Assembly (NCBI RefSeq): GCF_963853765.1
Contig: NC_088853.1
Coordinates: 20,832,001 to 20,896,000 of the forward strand
Reading direction: 5' to 3'
Source of the DNA: Magallana gigas
Lineage: Eukaryota
Length of the DNA stretch: 64,000 nt
The translations under genes were made by a program, and so were the position numbers. This document shows, one piece after another, positions 39,672 through 50,707 of this stretch. The notes beneath the pieces are model-generated. The model was not told where the DNA came from, made no database searches, and was given only the letters and a program-made list of their open reading frames with translations. Numbering within the stretch: the first letter of the stretch is position 1; every line of letters starts with the position of its first letter.

Positions 39672-42077
39672 TTTTAAAAAATGCCACGTTTTTACACTTT
39701 ATTATGAAAATGAAAATATCGCTGTTGCGCCATATGATTGCATTACTATTCGTAAGTACTTGTGTAGGACACTAAAAAAGAAACAACGTTATTAATATGG
39801 CCATGACCTTTAGCCTTGTAGGTAACCTCAATAGAGTTACAAAACGCCCTTTAGGTTATTGATAGGACTATTAGAGACCTCTTGATAAGAGCAATTCTGT
39901 TAATGTACTTGATTTTGAAAAAAGAAGTATATTAAAAAAATCAAATTTCACGGCTATTTAATCTAGGACAAACAAGGTACATACTCGCATCACAAAACCT
40001 TGATGATTTTTTAAAATCAAAATTTGCACACTGTTGTGTAAAAATGTAAATTTATAAAATCTAACATTTCTGTCATTTATAAATGTAAATGCCATCTTGA
40101 TAACATTTAGGCCATCAGTACAACATTTTGCTGCATAATATGTTTTACAAATTATGTGCACGTAAAATAAAATTTGAATTTTTATTTCTTGCAAGGTTTT
40201 TTTTTATTGAAATGTGGGTAAAGTGTTATACAAACTTGAAGAAAATGCTTTTGATAGTTCAAAAGTTCGACCTTTTAATCCAGACAGTCTTGATTTTTTT
40301 TTGGTGCAGTGTTTCTTCGTAAAGATAACATGAATTACTCAGTTCTGTCTGAAAACAAGAGTCTGTCACTTTAATTCAAAGACAGAATTTCATAAAAAGG
40401 TTTAACAGTGACAGCCATTTATAAGAAATGAAAAGAAATAAGAATCGTTACGCAAAAAAACCCCCATAAAATGGACGATATGTAAAACATCAGAGACGAC
40501 AGAAAATCCCTAGTCTTTGGTCTGCATACTTTACTTTTCCTTAGTCTGCATTGAAAGACTAAACAGGTGAGTGCTATTTGGAAACATTTTTAAATACAGA
40601 ATACGTCTATATGATATCAAGTAATTAATATTTTTGAAAACAATTAGCCTCGGTTTAGAGATGTTTTTTTCTTTCTCTTTAGGGAGGCAGCGCTTTTTTT
40701 CATTTTTAGGTATTTTAAAAACGTAAGTCTATATTTATTTGCATTTGCATTCAAACCAGTTTATTCCTAAATCTCAAGGTATATTACTTGGATAATTTCG
40801 AAGTTAGAATTTTGGACTTTTCTTTTCATAACATGCAAAATGAAATTGATTGCTCATGTATAAAATCATTGTTTATTGATTGTTGAAACTCTGTATCAAA
40901 TTTAGATATTATCACATAAAATAACATTTACCTTCAGGAATACTTAACGGAAATATTAACAAAAACTGGCAAACCACATTCGAAATAAAAATAATTTGTT
41001 GTAGTTGGTTTCAGGAACAAAACTGTCTCAATGCTATTATTCGTTAATTATCCTTTTAAGAACATATTTTACATTCGATTAATAAATTTATGTTTGTTAA
41101 ATACGAATGTTTATGAATGCTTAGGTTGACCAACTTTTTAATTTATCATCCTTTTCTATTCATAAAGAGAGGCCATTATTAACTACCAACGGTTAAGAAA
41201 CAACATCAATTTAAGAGAAATGAATAGCCATGACCGATTATTATGCTATTTAATCTCTTATATGAAAGAAAAAGAGCGTTGTAAAATGATAAAAGGAAAG
41301 GCGCAACTTTTGAGGAGTTATTGTATTGAATTTTACGTCATTATATAATAGTTTATAGCTCAAAATATCATTCAAAATTTAGATATAATTAATTTTACTT
41401 TTACTCTATTTTGATGTAATGTCAAGGGAAGTAACTCACAGTGACAACATATACTATCTTCTAAACAAATTGATTTGATAGTGGATTTGTTAACCACCTA
41501 GCCTCTAAGAGATCATGCATTGCATTACTTCCAAAATGATATTGAAATGATATTGGGGCGCATGACTGACGTTTTTCATACTAATTGTTAGACCATAATG
41601 ACCTAATTGTCAAAGGACATTTCCGGGTTTTTTCCCCGATTACGACAAAAAGCACAAGGCGGATGTGACCGGTCATCAGAGAATGCTCACTCCTCTTAGG
41701 CAGCTGATCCTGCCTCTATTTTTTTTAGCAGTCTGGTTTGAATTGTATTTCGTTTTAAGGATTTTTGTGATGGTTGACAGTTTGTAATTTTTCATTGATT
41801 AGATCATTGCGAGGTTCTTTATAACAAAGACCTTTCTCAAAAGTAAAACATTAGATACTATAAAAAGTGTATAAGTAAAGTAGTGAAAGTTTAATTGTAA
41901 AGGTTACCACCAATAGTTCGTAATATGGATGACTGATGTTAGCCATTGCAAGTCGGAGGAGATTTTGCTGGAAAATTTATCTTAGGTTTAAATCGATCGA
42001 CAAAATTATGAAATTTCACCAAAACTATTACATCAAAGATTGATCTCCCCTACCTGTCATTGCTATCTTCATAAGAA

Positions 42078-42299
42078 TACTGTGGAATCATTTAAATTCG
42101 TGGGGACCAATTTTCGTGGATTGTGCATGTTGTGCTTATTCTTGAGGATGTTAATACGTTGATGCGTCGGTTTTCAGTTTTAATAAGATAACTAACCTTT
42201 TAAAATTTGTTTTTGTTTTCGAGTGTGTAAATTCGAGGGGCAACCACTAATACCACGAAAGTTGATCCATCCACAACGAATTCTAATGATCCCGTAGTA
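42078..42299. mobile_element. Related TA-flanked MITE upstream of GPCR paralog 3
   Basis: TACTGTGGAATCATT ... AATGATCCCGTAGTA, with the internal CCAATTTTCGTGGATT shared with the 30723 copy. Confidence 0.72.
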
Positions 42300-43018
42300 A
42301 CTGACAATTGATTCGTTTAATATGTCGATTCATGAACGGGCTGGTGGACTTGTTTGGGTTTCAATGTTTGATTGGAAAATGAGAGAGCAAAATGTAATCC
42401 TTCTGAAAAGAGTAAAATTTGCTAGAGTTGTAAAACAAGTAAAGGACACACGAGACGTTCCTCAATTTTATTTAATTTTCCTTGGTGATTTGTTCCTTAT
42501 TTATTAACATTTAAACCTGTTAATTTCCAAATTCAGGGTACATTACTAGGCTCTTTTCGGAGCTCGAATATTTCGAATTTGTCTTTAAATAGCATGTAAT
42601 GGCATGCAAAATGCATTTGAATGCTGATAAATAAAGCCATACTATACATTTTCAATGGGGCACTAAATATCTTAATAAAAAAAGAGTCATATAACAAAAA
42701 TTAATTATAAAATTACGAAGTGGAAATCTTTACATTGTGGAGATAGGGAAAAAAAAAGAAGAAAAGTCTAACAAACAGGTTTTGAATCAGTTCAGAACTT
42801 GATCTTAGATTTTGTAGATTTCTTTCTTGTTAGTTTCTATATAGATTACAATCGAATTTCTTCTGAAATTGAGGAGAGATTGCTTGATGGATGGAAATAT
42901 TCTAACATGATGATAATCTAAGTACACAATTTGTAAACTATATATCAGTATTTTTTTTTGTATTCCAGAGTTTGGATCCAGAATTTTTTTTTTTTTAATC
43001 TGAAACTCAAGGTTCGAA

Positions 43019-44212
43019 ATGCAAGGTGTAAAAAGCACTGATAAAGGACTTGCAAAAATGAATGAACTTTTTGTTAGATTGAAGAAGTCCGAATACGATG
43101 CTTCTCGCGTACTCAAGCTAGAAAACATTTATGGAAGCTGGGGTATAGAATATGCCTTTCAATATGGATTCTTTTTAAACTTGTTACCTCCTGTCGTAAC
43201 GATTTTAATGTTCGTCATCTTTAAGCGGAAGAAACTCGTAGGGGTGACACAGAAATTCATTTTGTCCATCATGGTCATTGATCTATTTTACACGTCCACA
43301 TCAAGTATTCGAGACACCTTATTGAGGATGTTCCAGATGCATTATGGGTTCATGGAATACCGCGTCTGTTCAGAAATCATCATCTCCTTTCGTGTACAAA
43401 TGTTCTTTCATGCAACCTCAGTATGGCTAAAATCTTTGATGCTGTTACATCAAGTGTTACTGGTAGGGTTTCCGTTAAAAGTAAAGCAACACAATCTGTC
43501 CAGATATTTTTACGTTTTTTGTCTTGTTCACGTGATCCTGTGTATAATATTTTTAATGTTTCTTACCACTCCTGTTTTTGAACCAGTGCCCTTGATTCAG
43601 GAATTTAGACCTGGTTACCCTCTTCGAAAAATCATTGGGTGTCGATATTCTCATTCAAAAATATTAAAAAATGCTTCTCAATTCGGAATTGCGATGTCCA
43701 CCGTCATGTTAGTCTACAACCAAATCATCCCGTTTGCTTTTCATCTGATTACCATTGTGGTCCTCGTAATCTTCTTGACCAGGCACATTCGAACCCTCAC
43801 GCTCCTGACTAATAACATCGCCGTTGAACGGGTCAAATACATAGTGTTGATGAAGGTAAACATCGCTATGGGGGTCTCCTTTGTTCTGCAGGAAATGCCT
43901 TTGATAATTTCTCTAGTGTCACAGATTGGAATCACTCAAAATACCAAGGAATCGAATATCGAGGCGTCAGGTACACAGTTTCAAGGCTATACGACCGTTC
44001 TTATGTCAATTTCGTTCTGCATTGGAAAACCAATTGACCTTTTGATCTATTGCAGCCTTAGCAAAGCGTTTAAGGAAGAGTTGAAATACCTGCTGATGTT
44101 TTTTTGTAGGCTTTGCAGGAGAAAGATGAGTATTGAGGAAAGGCATTGTGGACAACAGAAAATACCAATTCCAACATCCATGAAAAGAGTTCTAGGAAGA
44201 GAAAAGTATTGA
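43019..44212 (+). CDS. Class A 7TM GPCR, SPR/MIP-receptor-like, paralog 3 (397 aa, single coding exon)
   Basis: Intact ORF colinear with paralogs 1 and 2 and carrying the same conserved blocks. Confidence 0.92.
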   Translation: MQGVKSTDKGLAKMNELFVRLKKSEYDASRVLKLENIYGSWGIEYAFQYGFFLNLLPPVVTILMFVIFKRKKLVGVTQKFILSIMVIDLFYTSTSSIRDTLLRMFQMHYGFMEYRVCSEIIISFRVQMFFHATSVWLKSLMLLHQVLLVGFPLKVKQHNLSRYFYVFCLVHVILCIIFLMFLTTPVFEPVPLIQEFRPGYPLRKIIGCRYSHSKILKNASQFGIAMSTVMLVYNQIIPFAFHLITIVVLVIFLTRHIRTLTLLTNNIAVERVKYIVLMKVNIAMGVSFVLQEMPLIISLVSQIGITQNTKESNIEASGTQFQGYTTVLMSISFCIGKPIDLLIYCSLSKAFKEELKYLLMFFCRLCRRKMSIEERHCGQQKIPIPTSMKRVLGREKY

Positions 44213-44287
44213 GGTTATGTCCTGTGCGCTTTTGGGTCATAATCCAAAAAGGCCAGATACACGGAAAACAAATTATCTTTTCTTTTA

Positions 44288-44322
<35 letters not shown>
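44288..44322. repeat. (CT)n microsatellite in the putative 3' UTR of GPCR paralog 3
   Basis: Direct reading. Confidence 0.9.
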
Positions 44323-45102
44323 GAGAACCAATACAGTATGAGTACAGTACGGATTTATAAAAGATTTCGAGGTTCAAATGTTTTTGTTACATGTACATAT
44401 TTTTCAATTCATTGATGTGGGTTTACTTTAGTTGGTTATAACAAGGTCCAAACTTACAAACGATTTCGTCCCGGGCTTGAATTTGCCCATATGCAAGTGT
44501 ATAAGGTATCATTTGTAAGAATGGAATTCACCTAGTCTAAAATTTGCACAAATTCACTCGAATTTTTTGTTTACATGAAATGTGCAGAAAAAATAGTATT
44601 GTTTCAATAAGCAGTTGAGGGCAAAGTGTTACTGCAAAGTATAGTATATGTATAAATGTATCTCTGCTGGTGGACAGTCTGTCCCCGAGGATACTTGTTG
44701 TTCGAAACTTCCTCTTTCATGAGCAGTACGACATATAACACTATGGGTTTTTGAGATGGTTGACTGGTATTGTCATTTTTTCACATACATTTAAAAATAT
44801 CCAAATATAATAGTTTATCTTAAGTTGTACATGTGATATAGGTATTTTGATGTTTAAGAAGTGTTTGATTTAATGTGTACATTTTATGTATTTTTATAAA
44901 AATATGTAATGCTGACCTTATATTAGAGAACATAGTATTCGAAATAAACGGTGAATCTTTATTCGTCTTTTAATTATTGCAGAAAAAGCAAGCAGAAAAG
45001 ATGTTGTAAGCAATATCTTTATGTTTTGCATAAAGAATGTACTTGTATTTCTAAGAAGCAGTTGGTTATTTTATTGATAATTCAATCACAAATACACATT
45101 TG

Positions 45103-45260
45103 CAATCTAATTAAAATTAGATCTTTGATCCGCTTCTATTAGATCGCTACACAAACTTTGTGTAGCGATCTGATAAGGAGCGGATAAAAAATCTAATTTC
45201 AATTAGATTGTGTGGCGATCTAATAAGGGGCGGATCAAAGATCTAATTTTAATTATATTG
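45103..45260. repeat. Three ~50-bp units arranged forward, inverted, inverted
   Basis: Unit X = caatctaattaaaattagatctttgatccgcttctattagatcgctacac (45103-45152); reverse-complement copies at about 45160-45210 and 45211-45260. Confidence 0.8.
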
Positions 45261-46901
45261 ACACATTTGTTAAGTATTGCAAGACGGTAACTTTTATGAA
45301 TATTTTAATGCTTCTTTTAAAATCTTGTTTTTTCCTTCAATCTTCATATCATAACAACAATTACAGTGCCAACTATTAACTGGAGTTCTGATACACGGGT
45401 CGGGATAAAAGGATAAAATTGAGAAAAATATTTTCATCTTAAAATTTGACAAATAAATGTGCTCTTAAAGGGCTCGATAGTCGTGGCCATTTTAAAACTA
45501 TTCTAATCTCCTAAGAAGAAGAGCTACATGTATATATAAAGGTTTAGGAAAATGGCCAGTTTCTAAGGATGAAAATATTTGAACTTTATTTTTATCAAAT
45601 GTGCTAGTTTATGGCACAACATATCAAACCTGAAAGTCTAGAGCATATTTGATGGTTAATTTGTTGACAATCCTGCCTTCTAATTTTCAAGATATTTAAT
45701 GAAATAACCTTTTTTCTCTATCTCAACTCCATAAAACTAATCCTCAATTGGAGAAATTCAGGTATTACACCGGTTTTGTGTTATAATCTTTAAATGTTTT
45801 CCTATGAGTTTAAAATTATATTACTATGATTTATGCATCCTGATTGGAAGAGCAAAAGAGTGCGCGTTGGTATAAATTGATTCCTTTATAGGAATTTTAT
45901 TATTATTCTTAAATAATTCTTATTCGACATGCATCTTGAATATTATCACCGTAAGTAATGTTTTCACTGGTCATCTAAGTTAACAAAAATACAGTCAATT
46001 AAATGCTGCTTTGTGTGGCATAAAAAATTGTTTACCGAGTTGATTTTAAATGGAGATTTTTCGAAATTTTTATATAGCATATAATTAAGGTGTATAACCT
46101 TTAACTCTTTTCGGTAAACATTTATTTTAGAACGTTTCTTTTATCTTTTAACAAACTATCAAATGACTACTCTCTGTATCTTTATTCGTTTATATCAACT
46201 CAGTGACTGATAAAGAAGTATGACCCCCTTCTCATACACATTTAAATATAGCTGCTGATTTTTATACCATTGAGTAATTACATTTGTTTAAAAAAAGCGG
46301 ATAAGGATAGCAATTATGTCAGTAAAAAAAGTCAATTGAACTAATCGTGAGTTAGTACAGTTTTGTTCATGGCAATCATTACATTGATAACTGATACCAA
46401 ATCTAAGAACGTCGGTAGATTGTTTCAATCATGTTTAGACTTATAAATGTAGATGTTTAAATTGAATTTTATGCATGATCAATTAAAAAATATGAGAAAG
46501 TGTGCGATAATTATTTACAGGCAAAGTTCTTCAAAGTTTACATCTCATGATGAAAAGCTCAGACAACAAAAATAATATTAGGTAAACTTTAATGATATAT
46601 TTTTTCCTGAAATTCATTTTCCTAACTTTATACACTTTAAAAACTTTTATCCGTTTTTTTCTCTTGAAATGTTTACCATACTTAAAATTATTAAACTCTA
46701 ATGTTTTTTTTTTTTTTAATTTAGAGTAATGATAATAATAAACAATAATGTTTAAAAAAAATTTGTTCTAATGCTTAAAAAATGATAGATTAGGTTTGTC
46801 TTACAAACCTTGTTAAATACAGAGTTGTTTTGTTAATGAATATATGAACAGAAAAAACCCCAATAAAGACTCCCTACTTTGTAGGATTCGATGGGAGAAA
46901 T

Positions 46902-48702
46902 AAACAAGAGGTCCAGGGCCACATCGCTCACCTGAGCAACAATTGCCTTAACTCTGATCAAATTAGCATTACAATATCAAAATCAAAATATCTTGACAAC
47001 TAAGTACAGTAGATCTTTCTAAAAAAAATTGAAAATCTGCCAATTTTTATCCACATCTTTTTTTGGTAAATACCAAGCCCCTTTTGTTGTTATACCTCTA
47101 AGAAGATTTTTCTCTAATCCTATATACCCCCCCCCCCCTTTTGTGGCCCCACTTTTCTCTAGAGAATCGTGGTTTCATCAAACTTAAATCTGCATTACCT
47201 GAGCTTTCACACAAAGTACTGAGTTTTGGACTGAAAACTTTCCAAGATTATATTTTTAAAGATTTTCTCTATATATTCCTAGGTAAAAATTCAATCCGCC
47301 ATTGCCGCCCTGCCCTACCCCCAGGGACTATGATTTTACAAACTTGAATTTACACTACCCGAGGATGCCTCTACACAAGTTTAAGCTTTTCTGGCCAAAT
47401 AGTTTTTAAAAAGAAGATTTTTAAAGATTTTTTTCTATTTTTCCTCTGTAAAAATTCATCCCCCATTGTGGCCTCACCGTATCCCGGGACTATGATTTAA
47501 ACAAACTTGAATCTATACGATCTGGGGATGCTTCCACTCAAGTTTCGGCTTTCCTGGCCTAATAGACTTCAGAAGAAAATTTTTAAAGATTTTCTCTATA
47601 TATAAAAAATTTATACCCCATTGTGGCCCCGTCCTACCCCCAGGGACCATGATTTGAACAAACTTGAATTTATACTATCTAAGGATGCTTACAAGCCAAT
47701 TTGAGCTTTCCTGGCCTAATAGTTTAAAAAAAATTTTAAAAGATTTTCTCTATACATGTATATTCCTTTATAAAAATTCATACCCCAATTGTGGCCCCAC
47801 CCTACACCTGGGGACCATGATTTGAACAAACTTGAATCTACACTATCTGAGGATGCTTCCAGTCAAATTTGAGCTTTTCTGGCCTTATAGTTTTGAGAAA
47901 AATATTTTTAATGATTTTCTCTATATATTCCTATGTAAAAATCCATTCCCCCATTGTGGCCCCGCCATACCCCCGGAGACCATGATTTGAACAAACTTGA
48001 ATCTTTACTATCGGAGGATGCTTCCACTGATATTTGAGCTTTCCTGGCCTAATAGTTTTTGGGAAAAAGATTTTTAAAGAGTTTCTCTATATATTCCTAT
48101 GTAAAACTTGATCCCCCTATTGTGGCCCCACCCTACCCATGGGAACCATGATTTGAAAACACTTGAACCTACACTATATATTCCTATGTAAAAATCCATT
48201 CCCCCATTTTGGCCCCGCCATACCCCAAGGGACTATGATTTGAACAAACTTGAATCTTCACTACCTCAGGATGTTTTCATTTTAATTTGAGCTTATCTGG
48301 CCTAATAGTTTTTGAAAAGAAGATTTTTAAAGAGTTTCTCTATATATTCCTATGTAAAACTTGATCCCCCTATTGTGGCCCCACCCTACCCATGGGGACC
48401 ATGATTTGAAAACACTTGAACCTACACTACCTGAGGATGCCTCCACATAAATTTAATCTTTTTTGGCCAAATAATTTTTGAGAAGAAGATTTTTGAAAAA
48501 TATTAACAAATGTTCAATAATTCTTAATTATCTCCCCTTTAAAGAGGGCGTGGCCCTTCATTTGAACAAACTTAAATCCCCTGCACCCAGTGATGCTTTG
48601 TGCCAAATTTGGTTGAAATCTGTCCAGGGGTTCTGGAGAAGAAGAAAATGTGAAAAGATTACAACGACAACGCCCCCGACGCCAACGCCGACGCCGACGA
48701 CA

Positions 48703-48764
<62 letters not shown>
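46902..48764. mobile_element. Full-length non-autonomous Helentron (Cg_HINE-like) carrying a central Cg170-like satellite array
   Basis: Left end aaacaagagg...ggccacatcgctcacctgag. Right end has a microsatellite-like (ACG/CCG/GACA) tract, then aagctcacttgagctttcagctcaggtgagctaaaaa. The sub-terminal gctcacctgag/ctcaggtgagc pair is inverted, with a tandem array in between. Confidence 0.88.
47130..48570. repeat. Tandem array of about 9 units of a ~160-166-bp satellite (Cg170/oyster HindIII-BamHI family-like)
   Basis: Recurrent a(a/c)actt(g/a)aa...ctacacta...gaggatgc...ttgtggcccc units at about 47179, 47340, 47502, 47660, 47828, 47993, 48159, 48246 and 48411. One unit is truncated to about 87 bp. 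Confidence 0.88.
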
Positions 48765-48765
<1 letters not shown>

Positions 48766-50034
48766 TAACATTTATAATTTACAAGTTATTGATAAGATTG
48801 AATACTCTCAGACGTGTAAGATTGATTTCAAAACTAACGAGCACCAGTTACATATATTTACTCTAGATGCAATAATTGTACCGCAGCAATTAAAGAATAT
48901 TTTTTTTTAAAAATCTATGTCCTCAGAGATTGAACAATAATTCTATCGTTGTGGTTTGTTAATTGTTGCCGATCTGGAAGTTGGATTGTCATCAGTCATT
49001 ACAGTCAGGTCTAACATATAACTGTAATTGTGAATTTTTTTTTTAAGCCATAAAATATAATTTAGTTAAGAAACATATTAAATATTTTGGATGAAAGTTT
49101 AAGGCTAAATTGAGGTATGCATGCAAACGTCGGTTAACCTACATTGTATAGAATTGCATTTATTGTTTATTAATTTAAAGCGTTTTATTGAACTTTAATG
49201 TTATCAGAACGTAGCAATTACATTTCATGTTCATATAGTTTTTGATTTCATTATATCATGTTTAATTGTGGCTGTTTTTCTTAACTAATGTAATGATGTA
49301 CATTAACAGTAAATTAGTTATTTTAACTTACTTTTTATAATCAGTTTACTTTTTTTGGTAAAAAAAAAGATGAAAAAAAACCCCATTAAAATGTTTTCTT
49401 TGAAGATTCATTCGGGTAATAAAAGTATCGATCATTGCAAAAAAATACATTGTTTAGCGTGTTATGAATTTTTTTTTAAAGTCTAATTGACTTTTATTTT
49501 CAATGGGTCTTGAACGTTTAAATTATATTTCAAATAAAAGTACATATTCATTTATTTAAGTAAAGCGTCACACTAACCTTGTCTTGCCTTTTGTTTCTTT
49601 TTTTCATCGACATGAAGGCTTTAATGTATCAAACAATTCTGGGCCATGTTCCTTTGATTTTTAATTTCAAAAAGCATCTGGCAAAGGTAAACGATCATAC
49701 TCATTACCATGTAAATCAATTGCTATTTTAACGCAGAAAAAACAGTGAAATATTTTTTCTCGTTTACATCTTGTCAATAACATACATTGTCGTCTAAGAA
49801 TTTTTACATTTTTAAACATCCATAATGAGCTCCTGCTGAGAAAATTCTTAGAAGGAATCACCATCAAAAATACATTACACGATGCTAATGAAAACACGTA
49901 AAAGGTTATTAGTGCATCGATGCATCGTTACGACAACTCATAGAAAATCCAAACCTTATATTCAGAATCTTCACTTTAAAACTTATTGCTGACGCATAAA
50001 GATAGATATAAGATTATAGCAAAATATCGGTGAT

Positions 50035-50332
50035 ATGTTCCAAGCGACATACATTGTACAAGTATTTCTGATCATAAATATTTTGTACAACAGGACGGCC
50101 AGTTGTTTCGAAAGTTTTTACGGCTTGAGAACAACTGACAATCCGAAAACTTCATGTCTCAAAATTGCAAATATAGAAACTGCTGGGAGATGTCTGGGAA
50201 CATGTGGGATCACAATGAAAACTATCGACATGATCAGCCACGACCAATCTACTAAAACCTGTATGTGTTGCAGCGATCTCACGGGGAGTGACATAACTGG
50301 TCACAACTGGAAGTCATTTGTCCTGCATACTT
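50035..50332 (+). CDS. PAN/apple-like + C-type lectin gene A, exon 1 (signal peptide and Cys-rich PAN-like domain)
   Basis: ATG, then a hydrophobic N-terminus, then C-x11-C-x3-C...CxCC. Phase-1 donor T|GTAAGT at 50333. Clearly paralogous to 59165-59450. Confidence 0.85.
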
Positions 50333-50345
50333 GTAAGTATTTCAC

Positions 50346-50707
50346 TTATTAGTCCCCTACCGGATTTCACCGGAGGGGACTATAGCTTTCCTCTGCGTCC
50401 GTCTGTCCGCCCGTCCGTCCGTCTGTCCGTCCGTCTGTCTGTCCCACTTCAGTTTTCCACACTTTTTTCTTTATGCATTTGAGGAATAATATGAAATTTG
50501 CTGATCAGCTTCAAAATGTCAAACTGCTGATCAAGTTTACATTTTTGTAGCGTCTGGTTGACATATTTTTGAGAAAATTAATTTTTTATATTCCAATTCT
50601 TAAATGTTCGGGTTCGATATTCTGCATAACAGTGCATTGTTTTCACAATTTCCACACACCGGTAGGGGATGTGTATTGCTTATGCAATACTCTCAGAATG
50701 CTTGTTT
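50346..50707. mobile_element. Short non-autonomous Helentron/DINE-like element in intron 1 of lectin gene A
   Basis: Sub-terminal IR tcccctaccgg / ccggtagggga, (GTCC/GTCT)n microsatellite, 3' hairpin gtattgc-tta-tgcaatac; inserted in T-rich sequence. Confidence 0.78.

Noticed and set aside
47130-48570. Regular repeat array as a CRISPR locus
   Set aside because: Units are ~165-bp full-length tandem monomers without unique spacers, there are no cas genes, and the context is eukaryotic satellite DNA inside a HINE.
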